The notes under the pieces are model-generated. The model saw only the letters and a program-made list of their open reading frames with translations. It was not told where the DNA came from and did no database searches. A program made the translations under genes and the position numbers. A stretch of DNA of 60,578 nt, counting the filler, from Dugesia japonica (taxonomy: Eukaryota): the NCBI GenBank assembly GCA_001938525.1. It is 5 parts of 5 records of this genome, joined end to end, with 100 filler letters (N's around TTAATTAATTAA, not from the genome) between each part and the next. Parts side by side here need not be neighbours in the genome. Positions count along the whole stretch, not along the records: positions 12,557 to 22,264 come from MQRL01627141.1; positions 22,365 to 42,009 come from MQRL01610384.1; 3 more parts are not named here. One strand, written 5' to 3'. Below are positions 13,367-24,780 of the stretch, piece by piece; within the stretch, counting starts at the first letter, position 1, and every line of letters starts with the position of its first letter.

Positions 13367-15084
13367 GTAATAATAGGAATAATAATAATGATAATAATGA
13401 GGATTAATAATAGTAACCATGAGGTTGATAATAACAATACTAATAATAATAGTAATTCATTCTAGTAATAATAATAGTAATGACAATAATAACAATAAAT
13501 AATAATAGGAATAACCATTTTGGTAATAACTAAGAATCTTAATAATAGTATTAACCTTAATAATAATATTGATAGTAAGGTGAGTTACCATTCCTAGTTA
13601 GATTAATACTGATTTTAATTAATTTTAGCAAACACAAGTCAATCATAAGAGAATATAATATTTTTTTAAAATATCAATTAAATTACAAAACAAAAAAAAA
13701 CAACTGAACATAAACTAACTACCTCGGTTCGAAGACTACGCTGGATTTGATGGATAATAGGTTGATACTTGAACGGATCTGGTCACAGGAATTGAGAACG
13801 ACAATAATTTGTAATCGAAAATATAATTTCTTATTAAGATATTTTTTATATATATATTTTTTTATTTTCTTTCTTGCGTATTTATAGTGAGATTTACTGA
13901 TGATTGTTGATGCTGATTACAGAAGGTAATGGGATCTCTTCTGATAAATAGTTCGATTTATTAGTCTAGCAAATGTCCTTTTNNNNNNNNNNNNNNNNNN
14001 NNNNNNNNNNNNNNNNNNNNNNNNNNNNNNNNNNNNNNNNNNNNNNNNNNCCTTGAATGAGATGCCGATTGACTGATAGTACTGTCGCCGATTTATTTTG
14101 ACCGAAAATTTGAGAGTAGCGTTCTTCTCGAATTTCAATTTAAAACAGCTATGCGATTTTGATTAAGGGTTGACAAATTCGAATAACAATTCTTTAATTA
14201 ATATTTTTAACAACTGATTTAGTTTTGATTTACTAATCTTTGGTGTTTTTGAGTGTGTTGTTTTTAATGTTGATGGGTCCTTATATATTAATTTTACACC
14301 TTCCTTCTCCCTGGATTGGTGAATTTTAATGGATTAATAAAAACATTCTTTATATCGGGTTTACATTTTTTGATNNNNNNNNNNNNNNNNNNNNNNNNNN
14401 NNNNNNNNNNNNNNNNNNNNNNNNATTTTACACCTTCCTTCTCCCTGGATTGGTGGATTTTAATGGATTAATAAAAACATTCTTTATATCATGTTTACTT
14501 TTTTTGATTAATTGTTCCTTTTTCCGATAATTCGTTTTTATTTTCTAAATATAAATTGGGAAAATTGGCATTTTCTCCTTTTTCTCATAATGGATTTGTA
14601 TATTTTAGCCGTTGAAGATGTTTTATTTAATAATTACTTGTTTTGTTGGCAAAATATTTATCTTTTTCCGCCAATATATTTAATTGTTCGTTATTACGTG
14701 GTTGGGTTCTGTCCCAACACTATTATTATTGTTATTATTAATTATTATTATTTGTATTATTATTATTTTAATTATTTTATTTATTATTATTATTATTGTT
14801 TTTATTAATTATTATTATTTGTNNNNNNNNNNNNNNNNNNNNNNNNNNNNNNNNNNNNNNNNNNNNNNNNNNNNNNNNNNNNNNNNNNNNNNNNNNNNNN
14901 NNNNNNNNNNNNNNNNNNNNNNNNNNNNNNNNNNNNNNNNNNNNNNNNNNNNNNNNNNNNNNNNNNNNNNNNNNNNNNNNNNNNNNNNNNNNNNNNNNNN
15001 NNNNNNNNNNNNNNNNNNNNNNNNNNNNNNNNNNNNNNNNNNNNNNNNNNNNNNNNNNNNNNNNNNNNNNNNNNNNNNNNNNNN

Positions 15085-15128
<44 letters not shown>
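12940..15128. repeat. (TAA)n/(TTA)n microsatellite tracts bordering gaps (also about 27727-27897, 33876-34092, 42110-42170, 42730-42802, 50796-50836)
   Basis: Pure and degenerate ATT/TAA runs; they produce the poly-I/L/Y/N pseudo-ORFs in the track. Confidence 0.85.
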
Positions 15129-15217
15129 CAAAAATCATTTCTTGTCACAACTAAATATGCAACGTTGTGGTATTTTAAAATATATTAGGCTGGAATTTTT
15201 TAAAATTAACTAACTCT

Positions 15218-15385
15218 TTTTTCGAAGATGGAATAAAACAGTTAAATGAAAAGATGGCTATAAGAAGCGAGCTCGGATCTAGTTGGATACTAAGTCGCAT
15301 ACTGGAAAAAAATTTTAAGATTACAAAAGTATCNNATATCAGTAGGTTATCTGGTCATAGCTACATTCCAACACCAAAAGAGTTT
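15218..15385 (+). mobile_element. Polinton/Maverick pPolB N-terminal fragment
   Basis: Reads FFEDGIKQLNEKMAIRSELGSSWILSRILEKNFKITKVSxISRLSGHSYIPTPKE, matching the GSGW...G-x-SYIPLP motif upstream of Polinton PolB. Confidence 0.6.
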
Positions 15386-16699
15386 ATAATAATTATATAA
15401 ACATATTTCTATATATATACACACATATACACACACACAAAATCAGATTTTACCTCACTTTTAATTAATTTTTCCGTTTAAATTAATTATTATTTTCTTG
15501 CATTTATTTCTTCATTTGATTTTCTTTTCTTTCGTAATTTTAATAATTTTGTGATTTCTATAATTAATCACATTTGAACTTGATCTTTTAAATTTCTTAT
15601 TTAATATTGACTGGTTTTTCCATTCTGGCTTCCTCGCTGGTTCTTTACTTTAGTACTGGTCATTTGTGACCCCTTTTAACTTGGATTATTGTTCCTCGGG
15701 GTGTTTCGCCCCAACACTAATATGAAACAAAGTTAAGCAACTTATAATTAATATTTATTAAAATTGATCAATTTAAATTTAACATGAATCAAATTTTATC
15801 TGCTTAAAATTAATACAAATCAAATTAAACAGTTTAAAATTAATATAATTAATAAATTAAAATGGATCATTTAGAATTAATTAAATAATTTTGTTAATTA
15901 AATATGGCCTGAATGGAATAATTTCATATTATTTCGCCATTTAACAATATTAAGTAAGATGTTTAATTTAATTTGCTATAATATTAATTTTATTTTAGAT
16001 TATTTAGGAAAACCTACTATGATTTGTGATAAATAATATGAAAATTTATAGTCATCAATGTTATTATAAATTTGATCAATTATGAAAATAATGAAGGATT
16101 TAGATTAATTTAAATTAAACGGTAATGATTTTCTTAAATTGTAATAATTTTCGTAATGATTTTATTTAACGTTAAAAGTTTAGAGTTTAATGTTTTAAAA
16201 TTATTAATTTCTTTTCAATTAATAAATTGATTTTCAGATATTAATTGTTGTGAATTCTTAATTTTATGTATAAAGTTATTGGAAATATGGTAAATTATTA
16301 TGAATTATGATCATTGTTATTTGACTATAAGTAAGGATTTATTTTTATTTAAATTAAAGGTAATAATTTTATTTTAACGATAATCTTTTTCTTTAATGAT
16401 TTAATTTAATGAAACTTTAGTAATGCTTTTATTTTTAATGATAATAAGTAATGATTTTCTGGAATGATTTAATTTAAAGATTTATTTAATATCATGTATT
16501 GAATTTATAACAGTTGACTTTGAATTCTTTACCATTTTGCCGATCTGTGTCTAGTCAAATAATGGCGTTGACGACTAACTGTTTTTATCTTATAAAGATT
16601 ATACAGTTGTAGCAATGTATATTTGAGACCGGATGTGAACGGTCAGAAGCATTGGTACCAGAGATTCACATACTGTAATCAAGCTTAGTCTAGTTAAAA

Positions 16700-16830
16700 C
16701 TATACAAGCTGGTCGATAAGTTCAATCATGAACGGACTCGATTGGATGCTAATGGACCTTGATGGATTCGCTCCGTCGGACTGTACATGTCGGAGGAGGT
16801 AATGTAATGGTATGGAATTCAAACAAAACT
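16700..16830 (+). mobile_element. Tc1-like transposase relic
   Basis: RRTVHVGGGNVMVW resembles the Tc1 motif TVKHGGGSVMVWG; a KFN-like motif lies upstream. Confidence 0.45.
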
Positions 16831-17280
16831 GTTATTGAAACAATGTATGAAAATAATTTTAATAATATTATTGATAACTTTACTTAGAATACAAATAATA
16901 TATGGATTTTATTTATTATACTAAGTCAGAATAATTTACTTAAACATATAAATATTAAGAATGATTTTCCTCGGGATAGTAATCATCTCTTTTGGTGTGC
17001 AGCTAATATTAATGGAACTGTGAACATATAATGCTAGGAGCATTAAATAGTTTTGTTCAGGGATCATCTAATGTTGGTTACATCCAAGAGTTTGTACCCA
17101 TAGACATTTCATAGTTTGTACCCTGTAACAACTAATGTTTCCAACCAACATTTCATAGTATGAACACAGAAACATACATTAGTATAAAACTTGAGAAATT
17201 AATGATAATATTGCCCGGGGGAATTTTATGTTAATATTAATATTGCCAGGGGAAATAAAATTCGATTAAAATTTTGTTGA

Positions 17281-17869
17281 ATTAAAACAAACATAAGCTT
17301 TTCAATAACCTTTCTATGAAGAAACTCAAAATTATTAATTTCATTTAATTTAAACAAATAATCATTTAATTTCGATTAATTTAAACAAAAATCAATAATT
17401 ACACTCAATTTAAACAAAAATAATTAATTTTACTTAATTTAAACAAGAAATCAACAATTTTACTACATTAAAACAAAATAAATAATTTCACCTCATTTAA
17501 ACAAAAAAAAGGGTGCCGTGCGGATCTATCAAAATAAAGTCTGGCCAATCAAATCGATGGAAACATGTGTGCGGCCAATCAAATTGAAGCCCCAAAAAAA
17601 ATTTTTAAATTTTTTTCAAAGCATGTGGAGCCGTGCGTAACTATCAAAAAAGTACGCGCGCGGACCTATTACAAAAAAAATGTGCCCGTGGTGACCTTTT
17701 GAGAAAATCAAAAAAAAGTCTAGCCAATCAAATCGATGGAAGCATGTGTGTGGTCAATCAAATTGAAGCCACAAAAAAATTTTTTTTTAATTTTTAAAAA
17801 AAATTGTAAAAAGGGGGTGGGGGTTGAGGCTTAAAAGCCTGTGGGGCCGTGGGGACCTATCTACCTACT
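17281..17869. mobile_element. Putative Polinton right terminal inverted repeat
   Basis: About 30-bp AATTTAAACAAA tandem array, duplicated CCAATCAAAT block, GGGGGTGG, ending CTATCTACCTACT; homologous to 51040-51339. Confidence 0.55.
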
Positions 17870-18912
17870 GGCGTTTAGATCTAGCTTTTCTGGCAGACAT
17901 CACATTTAAATTAAACGATTTAAACCTTGAATTGCAAGGCAAGGATAAATCGATATTTTAAATGATGAGTTCCATAAATGCCTATAAACAGAAGCTCATC
18001 CTCTTAGTAGGTAAACTTTAAAAAAACAACTTGACTTATTTTCCAAATTTGATCGCACAGCTAAACAGTTCTGCTGCAACAAAGTACGATGCAAACAGAT
18101 ACATAACTGAAATAAAAAAAATCAATACAGAGTTTGATAGACGTTTTCAGGATTTCAAAAAACTCGACGGAGTGATCTTATTTATAACCAATCAATTTGC
18201 AACAGACATTCAGGTAGAAGAAACTGCAGAAAAACTTTCATTGCTATTTGAAATGGATATTGAAAACCTGGAAACAGAAGTAATTCATCTACAAAACGAT
18301 GTTCTTATTAAATCAAGAGCATTTGAGGGAAATATTTGGAAATATGTATCGGCAGAAAAGTTTCCATCCTTGCAAAAATGTTCTGAAAAATTGCATGCAT
18401 GTTTTGGATCAACTTTTATATGTGAATCAGCATTTTCGCAACTAAAAAGAATCAAAACAAATAATCGCAATAACTTAACGGATGAACACTTGGACGCATG
18501 TATAAGTGTTCATCTTGTATTACTACAAGAAATTGTATTACTACATATACCCCAAACTACAAAAGAATAGTATATGAAATGCAATGTAGAACATCAAACG
18601 CACCAGGATTTTCAAAATAAATTCAAACGAAACTCTTAAATAGTTTTAGGTAAAACCTTAGGTTTCAGATAGAAAACACATATGTTTCACAGTAAGCCAT
18701 ATTATTGGCCAACTAATCAATATTGAAACATTCTTAAGACATGTGGTATCCATCAAACATACGACAGTAACTGAAATAAAATAAGATTAAATTAAAATAA
18801 TTTTGTTTTATTTCATTATTATCACATATATACCGATAATTCATTCCAGTCGATCGCAATTGCTTTAATGTATCAAAAGTAGCTCTGTTGAAAAAAATAG
18901 TGGGCATCACTG
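17869..18912 (+). mobile_element. hAT (SPIN/Charlie/GTF2IRD2-like) transposase 3' half plus right TIR
   Basis: WRLDLAFLADITFKLNDLNLELQGK ... FPSL..FGSTFICESAFSQLKRIKTNNRNNLTDEHL; ends AAAAAATAGTGGGCATCACTG. Confidence 0.85.
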
Positions 18913-18949
18913 CTATAGATCAATATTAATTTTCATAAATGTATTAGCA

Positions 18950-19590
18950 AGTTCCTTTAAAAAAATCTAGACCGGTAGTTCTTAATGTTAATATTATTAA
19001 ATTTGACCAGTTCCTCCCTCATTACATTTCCTGATTTATATCTGACAAAAACTGCAAGCTGTACGCTACTATTTACGTCCATGCTCTCATATAAAGCATT
19101 TGAATATATTTCGACACATTTTAAATCCTAATTGATTTGAAAATAAATATTTTCATCTAATCTTAATAGTCGTTCATTTAATTGTATTCTATCTTATACG
19201 CCACTCATTAATGCGCTTTACGATCAAATACTTTTCTATAAAATCCGCAAATGGTTCCAAAAACATCTCTTTGAAAAACTCATCATCCGAAAGCGGTATT
19301 CCATGTCGTGCAATGAAATGTTAGCAAAGTTAGCAAATGTAATGTTGTTTTTAGGAATTAGAAAGGCTGTACATACATTGGATTTAGATAAATATTGTTT
19401 TATGAGAAAAATGTTCTTTTTTCTTCTTCTGTTAAAGCAATAAGATTTGTATGTATTTTTTCAAAATTTCGCTTTACATTGTAAGTACGAGGTGATACTT
19501 TCCTTGAAATTTATACAAAGAATTTGTGAGTAGTTGTAGGATTTGGATGAATTTTATGTTGTTGGAAAGGTTGGATGTTGACGCATATGA
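18950..19590 (-). mobile_element. hAT-Charlie (ZBED8/SCAND3-like) transposase N-terminal relic
   Basis: Frameshifted HFIARHGIPLSDDEFFKE and ALYESMDVNSSVQLAVFVRY...REELV motifs. Confidence 0.65.
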
Positions 19591-20314
19591 TGGTACCGAT
19601 TTTGAGTCGAGTTGATGGATTATTGATTTATTTTTTTGGTGATTAAAGTTTAAAAGTTAGTAANNNNNNNNNNNNNNNNNNNNNNNNNNNNNNNNAGTAT
19701 ATTTTGATGAGAATATTTTTTTCTGAGTTGAAATTATTTGTATAAAAAAGATGAAGGTTGATTTGATAAGAAAAAGGTATCTTGATTTTTTAGATGTGTG
19801 AGTGTGTGTGTCGTATTGTCTGTGTCGAATTGTCATGTAACCCTTGAACTCGTATTATTCTTCTTAAGTTTCTTAACCGCGGGTATTCTAAATATCTATT
19901 AATATTTAATTATTAATATCTATAATTAGAAAATGGTAAATAGAATCAAATTGTAAAAACTTATTTACTTAAACTTATTTAATAAAAAACTTTATAAATC
20001 CAGCAAATGTTATAAATAATGTAAGCAATGCGCGCTAATTATGTTGTTCATTTGTTGGTTAAAATTAAATACAAATACAAATAGTTAAAAAATTTATTAA
20101 GCGTTTTGTAAATCCAACAGTAGATGATGGCTCACCGTCAGTAAAGCATGATACAATTATTTTTAAGAAAACGTAAAATACTCTATCTTAAAAATATTTT
20201 CCTAAAAATATTTCTAAAAAACCCAAATATTTTTATTTTTTTTTATTTGAATTAAAAAATCAATGACAATAATGAAATAATATTAGTGAATATTGTAGTT
20301 ATATTAAAATAAAT

Positions 20315-21560
20315 ATAACGGCGACAAATTAAATGGTCAGAATTTAATTCAATTTTTGGTCAGAATAAAAATATAAATGGTCAGAATAAAATTATAGATG
20401 GGTCAGAATAAAATTATTATAGGGTCAGAATTTTATAACTATTTCGGTCAGAAAATATTGATGATGGTCAGAAAAAATTAATCATTTATTAGAATAAGTA
20501 ATCAACAAACCTTTTTGATACAACACATAACACTTAAAAAATCTTTAATTATGTTTATCTTATGATTTTTTCATTACTTACATATATATCTTGTTTTATT
20601 TCACATGTCATGTAGCATGTTTTATATTAGTTAAATAATGTAAATATTTTTAAAGGGGTAAAAGACCAATTACAGATTTCTGGATTAGACAATTCATGGA
20701 TGGATATTGGAAGGAAAGTGGCCCTGTCCTATATATTGGAATTAGGATAAATCGGAAAAGGAACATGATGGTCATAATAAAAAAAATATCAATTTTTATA
20801 TCCATTAAGCGACACTAGCGATTTCTACAATGGCCATGGCTCTAGTAGTCTTGCCCTTATTGGACGATTTGTCATAAACACTTTACTTTGGACCAATAGC
20901 GACGCTTACAAACACCAAAACAAAATTCAGACCACGTGTCAAAATAAATCTGACCAAATAATATAAAATATGATCAATTTTATTTAAATGATGACCATTT
21001 TATATTAATTCTGACTGTTAGTTTGGTTTGGAAAACTCGTCACACTATCAATATCAAAATCCGAATTCATAACAATACTTTATTAAAATCAAAACTATAA
21101 CCAACATTAATTGTTAAACAAACAAATTAAAATCATGTGTTTGGTGATCTTCTTTTTTTATTTATTAAAAAATTAAACTTTATTATTCAATAATTTTAAT
21201 TTATCCTTAAACTAATATTTGTTTATTTAAATTTTTCCTCAATAATTTAATTTATTATTTATTTCAATTTTCATTTTAAAATTTATGCCAAAATCTCAGC
21301 CTATTTTTAAAATTTTATTTATTAAAAAATAAAACTTTATTATTCAATAATTTTAATTTATACTTAAACTAATATTTGTTTATTTAAATTTTTCATCAAT
21401 TTAATTTAATCTCTTTTTTAGACAGAAAATTTTAAAAAATAAGATCACCAATCACACAAAAATTTCAACTTGCTTTACAAAACTGCTCACACTGACCATA
21501 AATAATTTATTCTGCCCTCTGTAATTGTGACGATTTAATATAAATTCTGACAAGAATATA
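20315..21560. repeat. Foldback/MITE-like element with GGTCAGAA subterminal repeats and inverted TTCTGACC copies; includes a ~95-bp direct duplication (about 21155 and 21315)
   Basis: Seven GGTCAGAA copies at 20335-20475; reverse-complement-like copies at 20925-21017 and 21490-21552. Confidence 0.5.
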
Positions 21561-21699
21561 ACTGATATATATATATATATATATATATANNNNNNNNNNN
21601 NNNNNNNNNNNNNNNNNNNNNNNNNNNNNNNNNNNNNNNTATATATATATATATAAGTAATAGAATAATTACCTTTTTTTACCTTAGGGGTATACTAAC

Positions 21700-21850
21700 C
21701 GTACCAAATGAAAAATGTTAAATGTTTAATGAAAAATTTTAATGTTTAATGAAAAATTTTAATGTTTAATACACAAAGTTACTTTAAAATATACAAAGTA
21801 ACTTCACACAAAGTTACTTTAAAATATACAAAGTAACTTCACACAAAGTG
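21700..21850. repeat. Short tandem repeats (20-bp AATGTTTAATGAAAAATTTT; 35-bp ACACAAAGTTACTTTAAAATATACAAAGTAACTTC)
   Basis: Visible tandem copies. Confidence 0.8.
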
Positions 21851-22365
21851 AATTAATAATATACTCAATCAAAAGTTGAACATTTTATAGCCATTTGTTA
21901 GCCATTTCATATACATTTTTCATATAGAAAATGGCATATGAATATGAAAAGGCAACATCAGATAATGTTGAAAGAAACATTAAATGTGCCAGTAGTTTTG
22001 ATTCAAATTTATTTATTAANNNNNNNNNNNNNNNNNNNNNNNNNNNNNNNNNNNNNNNNNNNNNNNNNNNNNNNNNNNNNNNNNNNNNNNNNNNNNNNNN
22101 NNNNNNNNNNNNNNNNNNNNNCACTTTAAATAAAGCATTAAGAGAATTAAATTTAATACCACAAAGAAAAAGATATCAAAAACTAAAATATTATTTTAAT
22201 GAAAAAACTAATACATTTATTGATGATCAATTTGGTAATTATTTTTTTAATGTTAAAACTAAAANNNNNNNNNNNNNNNNNNNNNNNNNNNNNNNNNNNN
22301 NNNNNNNNTTAATTAATTAANNNNNNNNNNNNNNNNNNNNNNNNNNNNNNNNNNNNNNNNNNNNT

Positions 22366-22670
22366 TCGGCTAGCAAGTTTTTATATAATGCACACAACCC
22401 GTTTGAGCACCTGAACCCAATAATTATTTTCCTTAAGAGTTTCTGAATTTAATTGTTCATAAACATTTGACGTAATAATCTCTGCTTTAGAATTGTTTCT
22501 AACTGTCGGTGTTGTCATGTATTTTCGTGCTGAGATAAAAATTCTGTTCCATTTTTCCAATCAGAATAACCTGTTGTGGTCAGTGCTGAACTACCACTTC
22601 GTAACAATCAACAAGGAGCATAATAAATTGACTGGTTAATTTCCGAATATTCTTGATAAAGTCAACGTAT
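22366..22670 (-). mobile_element. hAT (ZMYM1/DUF4371-like) transposase relic
   Basis: TGYSDWKNGTEFLSQHENT*QH ... ENNYWVQVLKRVVCII*KLASR. Confidence 0.6.
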
Positions 22671-22739
22671 GAANNNNNNNNNNCGCAATTTTCTTCGAAA
22701 AACACTTTCATTTAAATATCTTGCTACTTTGTCTGTATA

Positions 22740-23225
22740 AACCTTTTTTGTTGTTGTTCCTCAAAGGTACCGAAGAAAAATGCTTGATATATCTATCGCA
22801 GGTCATCTAGGAGTAAATAAAACTCGAAAGAGAATTGAAAAGTTCTTCAATTGGCCAGAAATGGTAAACTATATTAAACAATCGTGTAAAGGTTGCTACC
22901 AGTGCCTAAAAGCTATCAGAAAGCTAGCTGTTAACAAAACTTCTTTTGTTACGACACCAAATATTGGGGAACCATTTTTCAGAGTTTGAATCGATATGAT
23001 TGGACTACTAAATCTATCAAACAGAAAAAAACAGGTTTATAATCGTTATAATTGATCATGCAACTAGATATTAAGAAGCTATACCAGTACCAAATATATG
23101 TACAGAAACAATGGCTAGAGAGATTTCTCATTATTTCTGTAAGGTAGGTATACCAACTGAGATTCTTACTGATCAGGAAACTAACTTTTTAAGATCAATA
23201 ATGATGTAATTATATAATTTTCTGA
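22740..23225 (+). mobile_element. Gypsy-type integrase fragment (H2C2 zinc-binding domain plus rve core)
   Basis: GHLGVNKT..RI...FNWP.M...CKGCYQC, EPFFRV*IDMIG, IIDHATRY*EAIP, GIPTEILTDQETNF. Confidence 0.85.
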
Positions 23226-23629
23226 GTCAATGAATAAATTAACAATGTTTAATTTTGTGGTTTTTGTATTAGAATACAATTTTAAATTAGGATTTCAATT
23301 AGATTCATCTATAAATTGTCACAAAACTATTTAAGTGCAATGTTTAGGAATCAATAGATAAACCAAATAGAAAATGTACGGTGTGTAAAAATAGCTTTAA
23401 AATATTTTATATTATTTTTGCGCCCCGTTTAACTTTTAGTGCCTACAAATATTCTAAAATTCGCCAGGGCAACCTTTATTCTCTCCAATACCGCCAGAGG
23501 GCCGTGCACCACAGTTTGGAAATCTATGTTCAAAACCAATAGCATCATCATCAGTATTGTCGCCAAATAGAAAGCATTTAAAAAACATTTACTTGTTTCA
23601 ACTGGACTGTAAGCAACTATACTAATGAA

Positions 23630-24780
23630 GTGAAATACAATAAATTCATTAGAAATGAGTGCAAATTCGATTTCTTAAAGAATATAGAGGAAATTACTAA
23701 TAATATGGCGTACTTTTATTATCAAACAAATGAAAAAAAGAAAATAATTCCACATGAAGAAGTAATGCCATTCACTGCTAAAACCAAATGTCATTTTTGC
23801 CGCAAATCAATAGTAAACCCAGTTCGTAACCATGTTTACTTCACAGGAAAATGCATCTTAATGACTGCAATTTAAACTGAAAAATGTATAAACAATTGCC
23901 TACTGTCTTTCAAAATTTCAGAGGATACGGTCTACATCAGATTTTGAAGTATGGATTGAACAAATTCCGAAATTGTAACGTCTCATGCATACATACAATA
24001 TCAGAAAAATTACGATCTGATTTATTGACTCGTACAAATTTATTATTTCATCATTGGACGCAGTAGTTAAAGCTTTAAAAAAAGGCAACTTTGACAAAAA
24101 ATGAATTTAAAGATCAAAGGATAACAATATCTAAGGGGATATTTTCTCACAGTTATGCAACCATTCGCAACTTCTGGTTGAAACAACAGCAGTGTCACCA
24201 AGATGAGAAGAAGTAAACAAGCAAGACTATCAAAGAGCATTAGAAATATAGACAATAACTTGTTGTAAGAATTTGTTGAATTATATGATGATGTATCCAA
24301 AGCTGGATCTATATTTGTTGGCTGATTTCTTTCAACAGTTCCGTGCAAAGTCCTAGAGCTATGCAATAACCTAGAGCTAGTAACAGTCGTTGGCATTCCG
24401 TACATGATTGGAATTCTACTAATTGGAGGTAGAGATGGTTGTACCAGCAGAAATACAGGATCAACTGAATGATTTGCCAGTAGCAACAGAACATCAAAGT
24501 ACCTCAGGGTTTAATGTTGCAAAATTTATGTTAACACACTACCCAAAGAACAATTACATTATTCACTGGAGGCTGTTAAAAATGTACCTAAGATTAGGTG
24601 TACAAATAACAAAAATGCACAAAAAAATCAAATTTAGTCAGGCTAAAGTATTCCAAAAAATATAGAATTAAATACTGAACTAAGATCAGGATGCCAAACA
24701 GAGTTAGAGAAGAATTACTATAATTTGTTAATTAACAGCCTATATGGTAAAAATGAAGTGAATATAAAGAAGATAATTTA
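23630..24780 (+). mobile_element. Polinton/Maverick protein-primed family-B DNA polymerase pseudogene
   Basis: CHFCRKSIVNPVRNHVYFTGK, PTVFQNFRGYGLHQI (exonuclease HNxxGYD-like), EVEMVVPAEIQDQLNDLPVATE, YIIHWRLLKMYLRLG...FSQ, IELNTELR...EKNYYNLLINSLYGK (polymerase motif B); frameshifted and internally deleted. Confidence 0.85.

Noticed and set aside
13917-14280. RQYYQSIGIS resembling RT motif B'
   Set aside because: Too short and cut by a gap, with no other RT motifs visible.
14292-14508. About 80-bp direct repeat flanking a 50-N gap
   Set aside because: Most simply an unmerged contig or haplotype overlap.
14512-15188. Poly-I/L/Y/N ORFs (also at 13.0, 27.7, 33.8 and 42.7 kb)
   Set aside because: These are translations of ATT microsatellites and N gaps.
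22740-24780. Integrase next to pPolB as one adintovirus/Polinton cassette
   Set aside because: The integrase is H2C2 Gypsy-type rather than Polinton-type, and a hAT-like terminus (about 23490-23528) lies between them. They are probably independent insertions.
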